Source of the DNA: an uncultured delta proteobacterium
Lineage (GTDB): Bacteria; Myxococcota_A; Polyangia; Polyangiales; B10-G4
Direction of reading: 5' to 3'
NCBI GenBank assembly: GCA_963727445.1
Contig: CAVSGI010000020.1
Coordinates: forward strand, 1-64,000
Length of the DNA stretch: 64,000 nt
Shown here piece after piece: positions 33,068 to 42,053 of this stretch. The translations under genes were made by a program, and so were the position numbers. Numbering within the stretch: position 1 is the stretch's first letter; the number at the start of each line of letters is the position of its first letter. Under the pieces are notes generated by a model, which saw only the letters and a program-made list of their open reading frames with translations, did not search any database and was not told the DNA's origin.

Positions 33068-33823
33068 GTGAGACTGAGGGCAAAGCTCGCTCAAAACGTC
33101 CGTGCTTTGCGACGCGCCCGGCGCTGGAGCCAGCGCGAGCTCGCCCAGCATCTCGGGCTCTCTCAGTCACGTCTGAGTCAGATCGAGCGTGGAGACGGAT
33201 CCTTCACCGCCGAGCAGCTCGTGAAGATCATCCAGCTCTTCAACGTTCCCATAGCCGACATCCTCCCAACGCCTGCAAAGGACAGTCGCGAAACCCAGAT
33301 CCAAAACGCGTTGGCGAGGCTGGGCGCCTCACACCTGCGAACGGACGAAACCGTCGTCCCCGCACAGGAGCTCGACGATATCCAATCGGTGATTCGCGCT
33401 GCACTGACCAGCGGTCGACCGAGACTGATCACTGCGCTTGCACCGGTCATCGTCGAGAACATCGATGCCGTCGACCTTCCTCTCGTGAGCGCTCGGCTCG
33501 CCGACAGCGGCTTCCCCCGCCGTCTTCCTTGGTTGGCCGAAAACGTCCTCGAGGCAGTCCGGCGAGAGCTCGAAACGTTCACTACACGGCCGCGGCGACG
33601 GCTTCTTCGGCGAGCAAGCGTCCTCCTGCAAAGTCATGTAGACCACGCGAACGAGCAGAGGAGTCCCCAGCCAGGCGAGGACATCCTCGATCGCGAGGTG
33701 CGTAGCGCCAGACTACTGTCCGCTGCTCGCGCCAACTCGTCTCCGATCTCGAAAAGGTGGGGAGTCGTGACCGCCATTCAGCCAGTCGACTTCCGCGTTG
33801 CCCTCGCGGGGACGGTGCAGTGA
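33068..33823 (+). CDS. XRE-family HTH protein (putative antitoxin/regulator)
   Basis: VRALRRARRWSQRELAQHLGLSQSRLSQIERG. Confidence 0.85.
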   Translation: MRLRAKLAQNVRALRRARRWSQRELAQHLGLSQSRLSQIERGDGSFTAEQLVKIIQLFNVPIADILPTPAKDSRETQIQNALARLGASHLRTDETVVPAQELDDIQSVIRAALTSGRPRLITALAPVIVENIDAVDLPLVSARLADSGFPRRLPWLAENVLEAVRRELETFTTRPRRRLLRRASVLLQSHVDHANEQRSPQPGEDILDREVRSARLLSAARANSSPISKRWGVVTAIQPVDFRVALAGTVQ

Positions 33824-33920
33824 CCGCATTCGAGCGGTTCTTCGAGGACATCGACCGGCGCTGGGAAGCGACATCCTCGTAGTCGACGAGACGCCGATCG
33901 ACTTGCCATCTTGGATCTGA
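33820..33920 (+). pseudogene. Remnant of a GTGA-coupled downstream gene (internally deleted)
   Basis: MTAFERFFEDIDRRW.. stops after 20 codons; another frame gives DILVVDETPIDLPSWI*. Confidence 0.5.
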
Positions 33921-34020
33921 CAATTCGAGAAACTCGACGTCTCTGGTTTCCAGCCTCTTCAGCCCGAGGGAAGCGCAAGCCGGCTGGCTAGAGCCTGGTC
34001 CAGTGTCATCGGACCAGGCA

Positions 34021-36234
34021 CTACAACCCGAGGACGTGCTCGAGGAAGGCGTATTGCCGGACGTAGCGCTGCACGAGATCGGAGCGCCGCGTGCCCGCGC
34101 CGTGGCCGACGGAGCGCACCATGTAGAAGAGGATGGGCGCGTCGCCGGCCTGCGCCTCCTGCAGCCTGGCGGCGAACTTCGTGGAGTGCCCCCAGTAGAC
34201 GCGGCTGTCGTGGTCGGCGGTCTCGATCAAAGTGGCTGGGTAGCTCACGCCGTCGCGGATCTGGTGATAGGGCGAGTAGTCGCGAAGCCACGCGAACTGC
34301 TCCTCGTTCTCCGCGGTGCCGTACTCGCTGATCCAGAGCTCGGCCGGCGGGAACCGGTCGTAGCGCAGCATGTCGTAGAGCCCGACGTAGGTGGTGGTGG
34401 CGCCGAAGGCGTCCGGGCAGCGGGTGAGCATCGCGCCCATGAGCAGTCCGCCGTTGCTGCCGCCGGTGATCGCGATGCGCTCGGGCCGGCTGATGTCGCC
34501 GCTGCCGAGCCAGCGGATCACCGCCTCGAAATCCTCGAAGACCTTCTCCTTGTTGCCGAGGTTTCCGGCCTGGTGCCACTCCTCGCCGAACTCGCCGCCG
34601 CCGCGGATGTTCGCCACCGCGTATACGCCGCCCCGCTCCACCCAATAGAGCGCGTTGCGGGTGAAGCCGGGCAGCAGAGAGACGTTGAAACCGCCGTAGC
34701 CGTTCAGAAGCACCGGGCGGTTCCCGTCCCGCTCCATCCCTCGCGGATGCACCAGCGTCACCGGGATCATGGTTCCGTCGGCGGAGGGCACGCGCTCGCG
34801 GGTGACCTCGAGCCCCGAGAAGTCGACGTCGGTCTGGACCCGATCGATCTCGGTGAGCTGCCCCTCGCGCACGTCGTAGCGCATCAAGCTGGGCGGCTGC
34901 GTGTAGCTGGAAAAGGAGAAGGCGAGGGTGTTGCCGTCGGCAGAGCCGCTGAGGCCGTCCACCGAGCCCATGCCGGGCAGCTCGACCTCGCCTGCCGGGC
35001 GCCCGTCGAGGCGGAACGCCTTCACCTGCGACTGAACGTCGGCGATGTAGTGCAGGAAGAGGCGCCCGCCCACGATGGCCCAACTCTCGATCGGAGCGTC
35101 GCTCTCGGGGACCAGGTCGGTCCAGCCCTCGACGTTCCCCGCGCGGTCGGGGCGCACCTTCACGATGCGGTACCGCGGCGCGTCGACGTTGGTCCACAGG
35201 TACACCTGTCCGTCGTGCACGTGACCGACCGTGAGATCGTCGCGTCCGGTGATCACTGCCTCCATCGGGTGGTCTTCGTCCGGCGCGTCGAGCCGCCCGC
35301 GCGGGCGCCGCCCCCGGTCGAAGAGGTGGAAGTCGGAGGCCGACCAGCCGCGGAAGACGTTGATCGAGACCCACCGGTCGTCGTCGGAGACGCTCGGGCC
35401 GGGGAAGTCGGTGCCTTCGGCCGCACCGAAGACCAGCGGGTCGTCGTTCTGGTCGGTGCCGAGGCGATGGAAGAAGACGCGCGGGAAGTAGGTGTCCGGC
35501 GCCTCTCCGTCGTAGTTCTCTTCGCCTTCGCGCGGGTAGCGCGTGTAGTAGAAGCCGTCTTCGGCGTCGAGCCAGGAGAGGTTGCACCACTTGGTGTTGG
35601 GGATGCGGAGGCCATCGACCTCGCCCGAGCTCACTTCGATGAGGTGCAGCGTGCTGCGCTCGTCGCCGTTATCCGACAGGCCGTACGCGACGTACTTCCC
35701 GTGGGGTGATGCGTAGTACCAGTCGAGAGCGACGCGCTCGCCCTCCGCGCCCGGATCGACGAGCACGCGCTCCTCGGCATCGGGCGCGGTCCGCACGTAG
35801 AGGCGTGGCTGCTCCTGATCGCCCTCGCGCTTGGTGTAGAAGATGACGTCGTCCGCCACCTGCACGCCGCCCAGCACGCCGATCGACAACAGGGTCTCGA
35901 GGCGCGCCGCGGCCTCGGGCCGGCTCCACTCGGCGAGCAGCCGACGCGTCCGCTCGGTCTGCGCATCGATCCACGCGCGCGTCTCGGCCGTGTCCAATTC
36001 GAGCGAGCGGTAGGGGTCCTCCACGGCCACGCCGTGAAGCGTCTCGGTGACGGATCCGCGGCGCGCCTCCGCGTTCAGGCGGGACAGAACCTCGTCGTCA
36101 CCGTCGGCCTGAGCCTGGTTCGAGCTTTGGTGGTCCACGTGATCGGATTCAGGCATCGTCGCGCCTCCGCAACTCGACAGCGAGGTCAGCGCTGCGAGGC
36201 TCAGCAGGGTCCCAAGAATCGGGCGAGCAAGCAT
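34021..36234 (-). CDS. Prolyl oligopeptidase (S9A), lipoprotein
   Basis: EDPYRSLE, GYGGF, ANIRGGGEFGEEWH, GGSNGGLL, DMLRY, HDSRV, GHGAG. Confidence 0.95.
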   Translation of the reverse strand: MLARPILGTLLSLAALTSLSSCGGATMPESDHVDHQSSNQAQADGDDEVLSRLNAEARRGSVTETLHGVAVEDPYRSLELDTAETRAWIDAQTERTRRLLAEWSRPEAAARLETLLSIGVLGGVQVADDVIFYTKREGDQEQPRLYVRTAPDAEERVLVDPGAEGERVALDWYYASPHGKYVAYGLSDNGDERSTLHLIEVSSGEVDGLRIPNTKWCNLSWLDAEDGFYYTRYPREGEENYDGEAPDTYFPRVFFHRLGTDQNDDPLVFGAAEGTDFPGPSVSDDDRWVSINVFRGWSASDFHLFDRGRRPRGRLDAPDEDHPMEAVITGRDDLTVGHVHDGQVYLWTNVDAPRYRIVKVRPDRAGNVEGWTDLVPESDAPIESWAIVGGRLFLHYIADVQSQVKAFRLDGRPAGEVELPGMGSVDGLSGSADGNTLAFSFSSYTQPPSLMRYDVREGQLTEIDRVQTDVDFSGLEVTRERVPSADGTMIPVTLVHPRGMERDGNRPVLLNGYGGFNVSLLPGFTRNALYWVERGGVYAVANIRGGGEFGEEWHQAGNLGNKEKVFEDFEAVIRWLGSGDISRPERIAITGGSNGGLLMGAMLTRCPDAFGATTTYVGLYDMLRYDRFPPAELWISEYGTAENEEQFAWLRDYSPYHQIRDGVSYPATLIETADHDSRVYWGHSTKFAARLQEAQAGDAPILFYMVRSVGHGAGTRRSDLVQRYVRQYAFLEHVLGL

Positions 36235-36273
36235 GGGTGCTCCATGGCACGGCTGGCCCGCGGGCTCAACGCC

Positions 36274-37878
36274 CTACTGCTGAAGCACGTCCCATTTCGG
36301 GCGCTCAGCGCTCTCGGCCAGGGATTCGGCGTCGCCGACCAGGGCGTCGTGCCCGCGCTCGCGCCCGTCGAGGAAGTAGACGAAGTCGAGCTGCGCGTCG
36401 TCACGGCCCAGCTCGCGCGCGAAGGTGCGAACGATTTCCGTCGGCGGAATGGCGATCTTGCCCACCACCTCGATGCTGGGCACACGGAGCCCCGGGCCCT
36501 CGACTTCGGGCTCGTAGGCCTTCATGACCAGCTCCGAGCAGACCACCTCGTCATCGGTCGCGAAGTCGAAGTCGAAGTCGTACGGCCGTCCGTAGAAGGC
36601 CATCGCCCGATCGAGCGCGCGGGCGACGTAGAGCGGCGGCAGGCGAGGGCGCATGGCCGCCACGTAGTCCGCGCCGCAGCTGTGCTCGAGGCTCGCGGCG
36701 ACCACGCCTTCGCTCACCGCTTCGAGGATGCGATTCGGATGGCCCTGGTGATCGTGCTCCGCGAAAGCAGCCCAGGCCTCGGGGTGCTGCTCCGCCAGAT
36801 GCTCGCTGAAGGTCCCGTACTGCTCCTGAATCGCGGGGTCGCCGTCGAAGGCTTCGCGGATGTCGTCCTGCGTGCCGAGGTAGAGGGCGGCGTGCGGCCA
36901 GAAGCCGGGCAGGCCCACGTTGGAGAGGTACCAGTTGCGCCGTTCGACGATCACGTCGCCCGGACGGAGGGCGTCGCCGAAGTCTTCGAGCTGCGCGTCC
37001 GAGATGAGCCGCCGGTCGGCGTCCACCACGCGCGTGTCCCCGAACCACTCGGCCACGTCGCGTTGAACCGGGAACCAGGCCTGAAAGGCGGAGCGCTCGA
37101 GGAGCTCGGCCTTGTTGCGGATGGTGGTGAGGGCGGCGTGGGCGCTGACGTGTCCCTCTGCGAGCGCCCGCTGAGCACGAACCAGGTGCGCCACCGCGGT
37201 CGCGGCCTCGCCGTCCGCGAGGTGACGGGCGATCCAGGTGTCGAACCACTCGCCGCCCACCGCGATGAAGCTCTGATCGCGCGCGCGCGTCATGCGGTTT
37301 CGAAAGGTGGTGAAGGTGTCCGCCGGCAGTCCCAGCTCCGGCATCGCCTCGTCGAACATCGCCTGGATGCGATCGTTGCCCGCGACCATGTCGAGGAGCG
37401 CCTGCCCCGCGCTCACCTGCGCGGCCAACGAGGCGTAGGTGAGGCCGTAGGCCATCGCGTGGAGGTCCGGGTTGCGCTGATAGTCCACGCCGTACCAGCC
37501 CTCCCAGCGATGCTTGAGGGTGTCGAGCTCGAGGAGGGGGTCGAGGAAAGACCACCACAGAAGCCGCACCCGCCGGCGCTCCGACGGGGACAGGGACTCG
37601 ACGTCCGACGTCGTCAGGAGCTCCTCGTGGGAACGCGCCTGGGCGACCACCTCGTCGAGGCGCGCGCTCGCCCGTTCGGCCCGCGCCGTATCGCGCGCCA
37701 CCGCCGCGACGAAGGCGTCGCGGTCGAGCTGCCAGAGCGGCTGTGGCTGCTCGCCGAGGACGCGCCGCGCGAAGGGATAGCCCACCTCGTTCTTCTGCGT
37801 CGGCCAGACCGCCACCGCCGTCGCCGCCCCACCCACCAGAAGCACGACGGCGATCGCGATCTTCTTTCCCCGACCCAT
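36274..37878 (-). CDS. YiiX/YebB-like permuted papain-like (NlpC/P60) hydrolase with N-terminal helical domain
   Basis: LRPGDVI, PGFWPHAALYLG, LEAVSEGV, GRPYDFDFD..VCSELV (His before Cys). Confidence 0.85.
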   Translation of the reverse strand: MGRGKKIAIAVVLLVGGAATAVAVWPTQKNEVGYPFARRVLGEQPQPLWQLDRDAFVAAVARDTARAERASARLDEVVAQARSHEELLTTSDVESLSPSERRRVRLLWWSFLDPLLELDTLKHRWEGWYGVDYQRNPDLHAMAYGLTYASLAAQVSAGQALLDMVAGNDRIQAMFDEAMPELGLPADTFTTFRNRMTRARDQSFIAVGGEWFDTWIARHLADGEAATAVAHLVRAQRALAEGHVSAHAALTTIRNKAELLERSAFQAWFPVQRDVAEWFGDTRVVDADRRLISDAQLEDFGDALRPGDVIVERRNWYLSNVGLPGFWPHAALYLGTQDDIREAFDGDPAIQEQYGTFSEHLAEQHPEAWAAFAEHDHQGHPNRILEAVSEGVVAASLEHSCGADYVAAMRPRLPPLYVARALDRAMAFYGRPYDFDFDFATDDEVVCSELVMKAYEPEVEGPGLRVPSIEVVGKIAIPPTEIVRTFARELGRDDAQLDFVYFLDGRERGHDALVGDAESLAESAERPKWDVLQQ

Positions 37879-37944
37879 GTCCGGAGTCTACGCGCGTTGT
37901 CCGTGCGAGCACCACTCGATTGGGCTACCTAACCCCACCCACGA

Positions 37945-38748
37945 ATGGCGACCTACAGGCACCTCCATCTGCGCTACGGCTGCGACCGCCAGCGGCTCGC
38001 TCCCGCGCTCGCCGACGCCTTCGTCGAGCTCGACGCCGATGCGTCCACGCGCGCCTGGATCGACCGCGCGATCGACAACCCCCAGAGCCCCGCCATCACC
38101 GCGGCCCGCAACGCGGCCATGAAGTCGGTGAGCCTCTACGACGCCAACGCGCTGGTCGGTGCGTATTCCATGCGCGTGCTCAGCGCCGGCCAGTGGCGCG
38201 CGCTCCTCGGCCCGGCACCGCGGGGGCGCCTGTTGGACATCGGCGCGGGGGACGGCGGCGTCACCAGCGAGCTCGCCGAGCTCTTCGACGAGGTGGTGAC
38301 CACCGAGCTCAGCGGCCCGATGGCACAGAGGCTCCGCGCCGAAGGGTGGGCCTGTCACGAGATCGATCTCGCCGTGGAGGATCTTCCGGGAGGCGGCGTC
38401 TTCGAGGTCGTGTCTCTGTCGAACCTCCTCGATCGCATGAGCCACCCCCTGGCGCTCCTGGTGCGTCTTCGAAAGCTCGTGACGCCGGGAGGTCGGGTGG
38501 CGGTGGCGGTGCCTCTGCCGATCACCCAGGCCGTCTACTCGGGCACGCGCACGCTCCCCGCCGCGCAGAGCCTGCCCCGCCGGCCTCGCGACTGGGAGGG
38601 GGCGGCGAGCGTCCTCTATCACGAGGTCTTCGAGCCGCGCGGCTATCGCATCGAGAGCCTGTCCCGCGCTCCGTACCTCTGTCGGGGCGAAGCGGCCGAC
38701 CCGGTCAAGGTCCTCGACGACGCGATCTTCGTCTTGCGCTCTGCCTGA
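37945..38748 (+). CDS. METTL9/DREV-like SAM-dependent methyltransferase
   Basis: DANALVG.YSM.VLS..QW..LL, LLDIGAGDG.VT, TELS..M..RL, VSLSNLLDR...P..LL, SRAPYLC.G.....VLDDAIFVL. Confidence 0.8.
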   Translation: MATYRHLHLRYGCDRQRLAPALADAFVELDADASTRAWIDRAIDNPQSPAITAARNAAMKSVSLYDANALVGAYSMRVLSAGQWRALLGPAPRGRLLDIGAGDGGVTSELAELFDEVVTTELSGPMAQRLRAEGWACHEIDLAVEDLPGGGVFEVVSLSNLLDRMSHPLALLVRLRKLVTPGGRVAVAVPLPITQAVYSGTRTLPAAQSLPRRPRDWEGAASVLYHEVFEPRGYRIESLSRAPYLCRGEAADPVKVLDDAIFVLRSA

Positions 38749-38766
38749 GGGAGCTATCCTCCGCCC

Positions 38767-39240
38767 GTGTCCGACGCCTCCGACGATGAAACGCGAGCAC
38801 GCCGCGAACGCATCAATCGACAGTTCGAGCAGAGCGTTCCCCACAACCGCGCGCTCGGGATGGAGCTCTTGGAGCTGGGCGAGGGTCGCGCCCGCAACAG
38901 GCTCCCCTGGGCGCCGCACCTGGTGGGCAATCCCGAGACCGGCGTGATCCACGGCGGCGTGATCACCTCCCTCCTCGACGCCTGCTGCGGAGCCGCGGTC
39001 TTTCAGGGCCTGGCGGAACCGCAACCGATCGCCACCCTCGACCTCCGCATCGATTACATGAAGCCGGCGGCGCCGAAGACCGACGTGCTCTCCGTCGCGC
39101 GCGTCACCAAGGTCACGCGCAACGTCGCCTTCGTGCGCGCCACCGCCTACCAAGGCACCGAGGACAACGCCATCGCGACCGCCACGGCTACCTTCATGCT
39201 CGGCACGCAGCAGCACCGCCACCCACCGGAGGCCGGATGA
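38767..39240 (+). CDS. PaaI-family (hotdog) thioesterase
   Basis: LVGNPETGVIHGGVITSLLD..CG, ATLDLRIDYMKPA. Confidence 0.9.
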   Translation: MSDASDDETRARRERINRQFEQSVPHNRALGMELLELGEGRARNRLPWAPHLVGNPETGVIHGGVITSLLDACCGAAVFQGLAEPQPIATLDLRIDYMKPAAPKTDVLSVARVTKVTRNVAFVRATAYQGTEDNAIATATATFMLGTQQHRHPPEAG

Positions 39241-39683
39241 GCTCGCTCTCGCAGAAGCTCGCCGCGCTGCGAGAGGCGGGCGACGCCGGGGGCATGGCGG
39301 AGCTCGTGCCCTACGCGCAATGGTTGGGGCTGACCTACGTGAACGACGAGGAGCGCCTCCTCGGCAAGCTCGCCTACTCGGACAAGCTCGTCGGCAATCC
39401 CATTCTGCCGGCGCTCCACGGCGGCACGCTCGGCGCGCTCCTCGAGTCGACGGCGATCATGGAGGTGATCTGGCAGCGGGGCTCGTCGGTCCTCCCCAAG
39501 ACGATAAACCTCACGGTGGACTATCTTCGCTCGGCCCGCCCAATCGACACCTGGGCCGAGGCCACGATCACCAAGAGCGGCCGTCGCGTCGTCTCGGTGC
39601 GCGCCGACGCCTGGCAAGAGGATCGCCAGCGCCTGATCGCCACCGCGAGCGCACACTTCCTGGTGATGGCCGACGAGCGTTGA
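39237..39683 (+). CDS. PaaI-family (hotdog) thioesterase
   Basis: LVGNPILPALHGG..GALLE, PKTINLTVDYLR; ATGA-coupled to the preceding gene. Confidence 0.9.
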   Translation: MSSLSQKLAALREAGDAGGMAELVPYAQWLGLTYVNDEERLLGKLAYSDKLVGNPILPALHGGTLGALLESTAIMEVIWQRGSSVLPKTINLTVDYLRSARPIDTWAEATITKSGRRVVSVRADAWQEDRQRLIATASAHFLVMADER

Positions 39684-39722
39684 GGGGTCGCGCGAGGGGC
39701 CGGGACGTGCTCTCCTCGAAGC

Positions 39723-39959
39723 ATGGCCAGGCAGAAACCGAAGCGCCGCAAGAAGAAGAAAAAGAAGGGCAGGGGCGGCGGGAGCTATTCGGGTGGCCGC
39801 GGCAGCGGTGGGGTGATGCAGTCGATGCTGGGGGGCTTTCGCCGCGCCGCAGGAGCCGAGCCGTCGAAGAAGGGAAAGAGCAGCCTGCTCGGAAACCTGC
39901 TCTGGATCCTCTTGATCGCGGCCGCTACCGCAATGGTCATCAACAGTTACCGAAATTGA
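39723..39959 (+). CDS. Small basic protein with a C-terminal TM helix
   Basis: Poly-Lys N-terminus and hydrophobic C-terminus. Confidence 0.6.
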   Translation: MARQKPKRRKKKKKKGRGGGSYSGGRGSGGVMQSMLGGFRRAAGAEPSKKGKSSLLGNLLWILLIAAATAMVINSYRN

Positions 39960-40018
39960 GCCCTTGGTGGGGGATTCCCCTACGGAAGGACGCCTGTCTC
40001 GCTCGTAGCCTGTGTCGA

Positions 40019-40480
40019 GTGACGGACGTGGCGGAGAAATGGGAGGAACGGGTCACCGAACCCAACGCCCAGGCCCCAAGCGGCGTACGACAGAAGGTAG
40101 CGGGCGAGCGCCCGCCCCTCGACGGCCTCCGCGTGCTGTGGATCGATCCGGACCGCGCCTGCTCGGCGGAGTGCCGCGAGATCCTCGTCGCATGGGGAGC
40201 AACCATCGTCACGGTTCAGCACGCCGCTACGGGCCTGGACACCGCAGCGGCCGCACGTCCCGATGTGGTGGTCATCAGCGCGGATGGCGGCGCCCACTCC
40301 CCCGATCAGCTCGCACGCATTCTGCACTTCCTGATCCCGGACCCTCCACCGGTGATTCTCGTGTCCAAGCGCGACTTGCGTGGGCTCGACGCTGCGCTGC
40401 CCGGTGTGATTCGGCTCCTGCCCAAGCCCTTCGATCCCGGGACGATGCTGAGTGTCCTTCGTCGTGTCGAACGCACCTGA
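40019..40480 (+). CDS. Atypical response-regulator receiver domain
   Basis: LRVLWIDPD, PDVVVIS (Ser at the phospho-Asp position), PVILVS, LPKPFD. Confidence 0.7.
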   Translation: MTDVAEKWEERVTEPNAQAPSGVRQKVAGERPPLDGLRVLWIDPDRACSAECREILVAWGATIVTVQHAATGLDTAAAARPDVVVISADGGAHSPDQLARILHFLIPDPPPVILVSKRDLRGLDAALPGVIRLLPKPFDPGTMLSVLRRVERT

Positions 40481-40517
40481 GCCTTGACCCGGGGGGCGGT
40501 GCGAGAAACCATCAGGG

Positions 40518-41078
40518 ATGGCCCACGATGCGATGTCGACGCCCCCCGGCGCGCCGGTCGTGGAAGGCCTCGTCGTCTTGGCGCGGCGTCAACCCGTCGA
40601 GGAGTGGGAGCGCACCTTCGGTCGGGCGGTGCTGGTGGGTCCCAAACCCCTCAGCCAGGTAAATGAGGGCGACGACGTGGACGACGATCCGTGGGCCTTC
40701 CAGACCATGTCCGCGGCGCTCGACCTTCACCTTCCGGACCCGCTCACCTCGTTCCGCGAGAGTGAGGTCTACGGCCTGAGGAAAGCATCGCGCGGCGCCT
40801 TCGCCGCCACCGTTCTCGTCGGCCGGGCGAGCTCCAACGACGTCACCATTCCGGACCCGAGCCTCTCGAAGCTCCACGCGCGCGTCCATCTCGCGACCGA
40901 CGGCACGATGAAGATCAGCGACTCGGGATCGAAGAATGGCACGGTGCTCAACGGCGACATCGTGGACGACACGCCGATCCCGCTCAGCCACGGCGACATG
41001 CTCCGCCTAGGCGATCGCAGCTTCAAGGTCTACGCCACTCGCCACTTCCACGGGCTGGTCGCGAAGCTGACGATCTGA
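40518..41078 (+). CDS. FHA domain protein
   Basis: VGRASSNDVTIPDPSLSKLHA, DSGSKNGTVLNG, GDMLRLG. Confidence 0.9.
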   Translation: MAHDAMSTPPGAPVVEGLVVLARRQPVEEWERTFGRAVLVGPKPLSQVNEGDDVDDDPWAFQTMSAALDLHLPDPLTSFRESEVYGLRKASRGAFAATVLVGRASSNDVTIPDPSLSKLHARVHLATDGTMKISDSGSKNGTVLNGDIVDDTPIPLSHGDMLRLGDRSFKVYATRHFHGLVAKLTI

Positions 41079-41087
41079 GCGACGCGC

Positions 41088-41504
41088 TCAGCTCAGGGCG
41101 CCGCGGAGGGACTCGGCGAGGGCAGCGCCCGCTTCGCCCTCGAGGTTGCCGGCAGGCCATCGGATGCCGAGGCCGGAGTCGGCGTCCGGCTTGGGGATGA
41201 TGTGGAAGTGCACGTGGAAGACGGCCTGGTGGGCCATCGGCTCGTTGTTCTCGAGCACGTTGTAGGCGGTGACGCCCGTCACCTCTTTCACGGCCCGGCA
41301 GATTCGGGGCAGCACGCGTCCGACCGCCGCGGCGGCCTCGTCGCTGAGCTGGTCGAGTGTCGGAGCCGCTTCCTTCGGAATGACGAGGGTGTGTCCCTTG
41401 CTCAGGGGGTTGATGTCGAGGAAGGCGAGCACGTGCTCGTCCTCGTACACCTTGTGGCAGGGGATCTCGCCCCGGATGATCTTGGTGAAGATGGTCTCGG
41501 CCAT
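41088..41504 (-). CDS. HIT family hydrolase
   Basis: TIFTKIIRGEIP, AFLDINP..GHTLVIPK, QAVFHVHFHIIP. Confidence 0.95.
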   Translation of the reverse strand: MAETIFTKIIRGEIPCHKVYEDEHVLAFLDINPLSKGHTLVIPKEAAPTLDQLSDEAAAAVGRVLPRICRAVKEVTGVTAYNVLENNEPMAHQAVFHVHFHIIPKPDADSGLGIRWPAGNLEGEAGAALAESLRGALS

Positions 41505-41535
41505 GGCGGGTTCATATCAAACCCGCGGGCCTTCG

Positions 41536-41961
41536 TCAGATCACGCCGGCGTGGATGCGGGAAACGGTCTCGGCGTAATTCGTGCGCACCCGACGCTGGG
41601 GGATGGGTGGGGGGAAGCCGGCGAGGCGGGTCAGGAGCTCGCCCCGCGCCCGCTGCTCGATGTGGGTGAAGCGCAGGCCCGCCGCGTAACCGGGGTCGTA
41701 GGGCCGCCAGCCGCCGATGACGCGCGCCACCTCCGCCTCGACGTCGATCCACGGGCCGCCGTGGGGCGCCTGGAACGAGATCACCAGCTCCTGCCCGGTC
41801 TCGACGCGATCGTCGCAGGCCAGGAGCAGACCCCGCGGCGAGAGGTCGAGGATGCGGTCCCCGATGAGCCTGAATTCGTCGAGGGCGACGGCCTGGCAAC
41901 GGGTGCGGACTACGCGCCGGACGCTGCGGCGCTGGCGGTGGCGAACGAGGAGCGAGGGCAT
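41536..41961 (-). CDS. PilZ domain protein
   Basis: QRRSVR and DLSPRG c-di-GMP motifs; AEVAR..GLRF. Confidence 0.85.
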   Translation of the reverse strand: MPSLLVRHRQRRSVRRVVRTRCQAVALDEFRLIGDRILDLSPRGLLLACDDRVETGQELVISFQAPHGGPWIDVEAEVARVIGGWRPYDPGYAAGLRFTHIEQRARGELLTRLAGFPPPIPQRRVRTNYAETVSRIHAGVI

Positions 41962-42053
41962 GGAACAATGCTAGAGACCCAGTCGTTCCTGGTCGAAAAA
42001 TCGGCAAAGTCCCGTGCTGGCCACGGGCGGCCGAGTTGCTTAGGTTCCACGCG

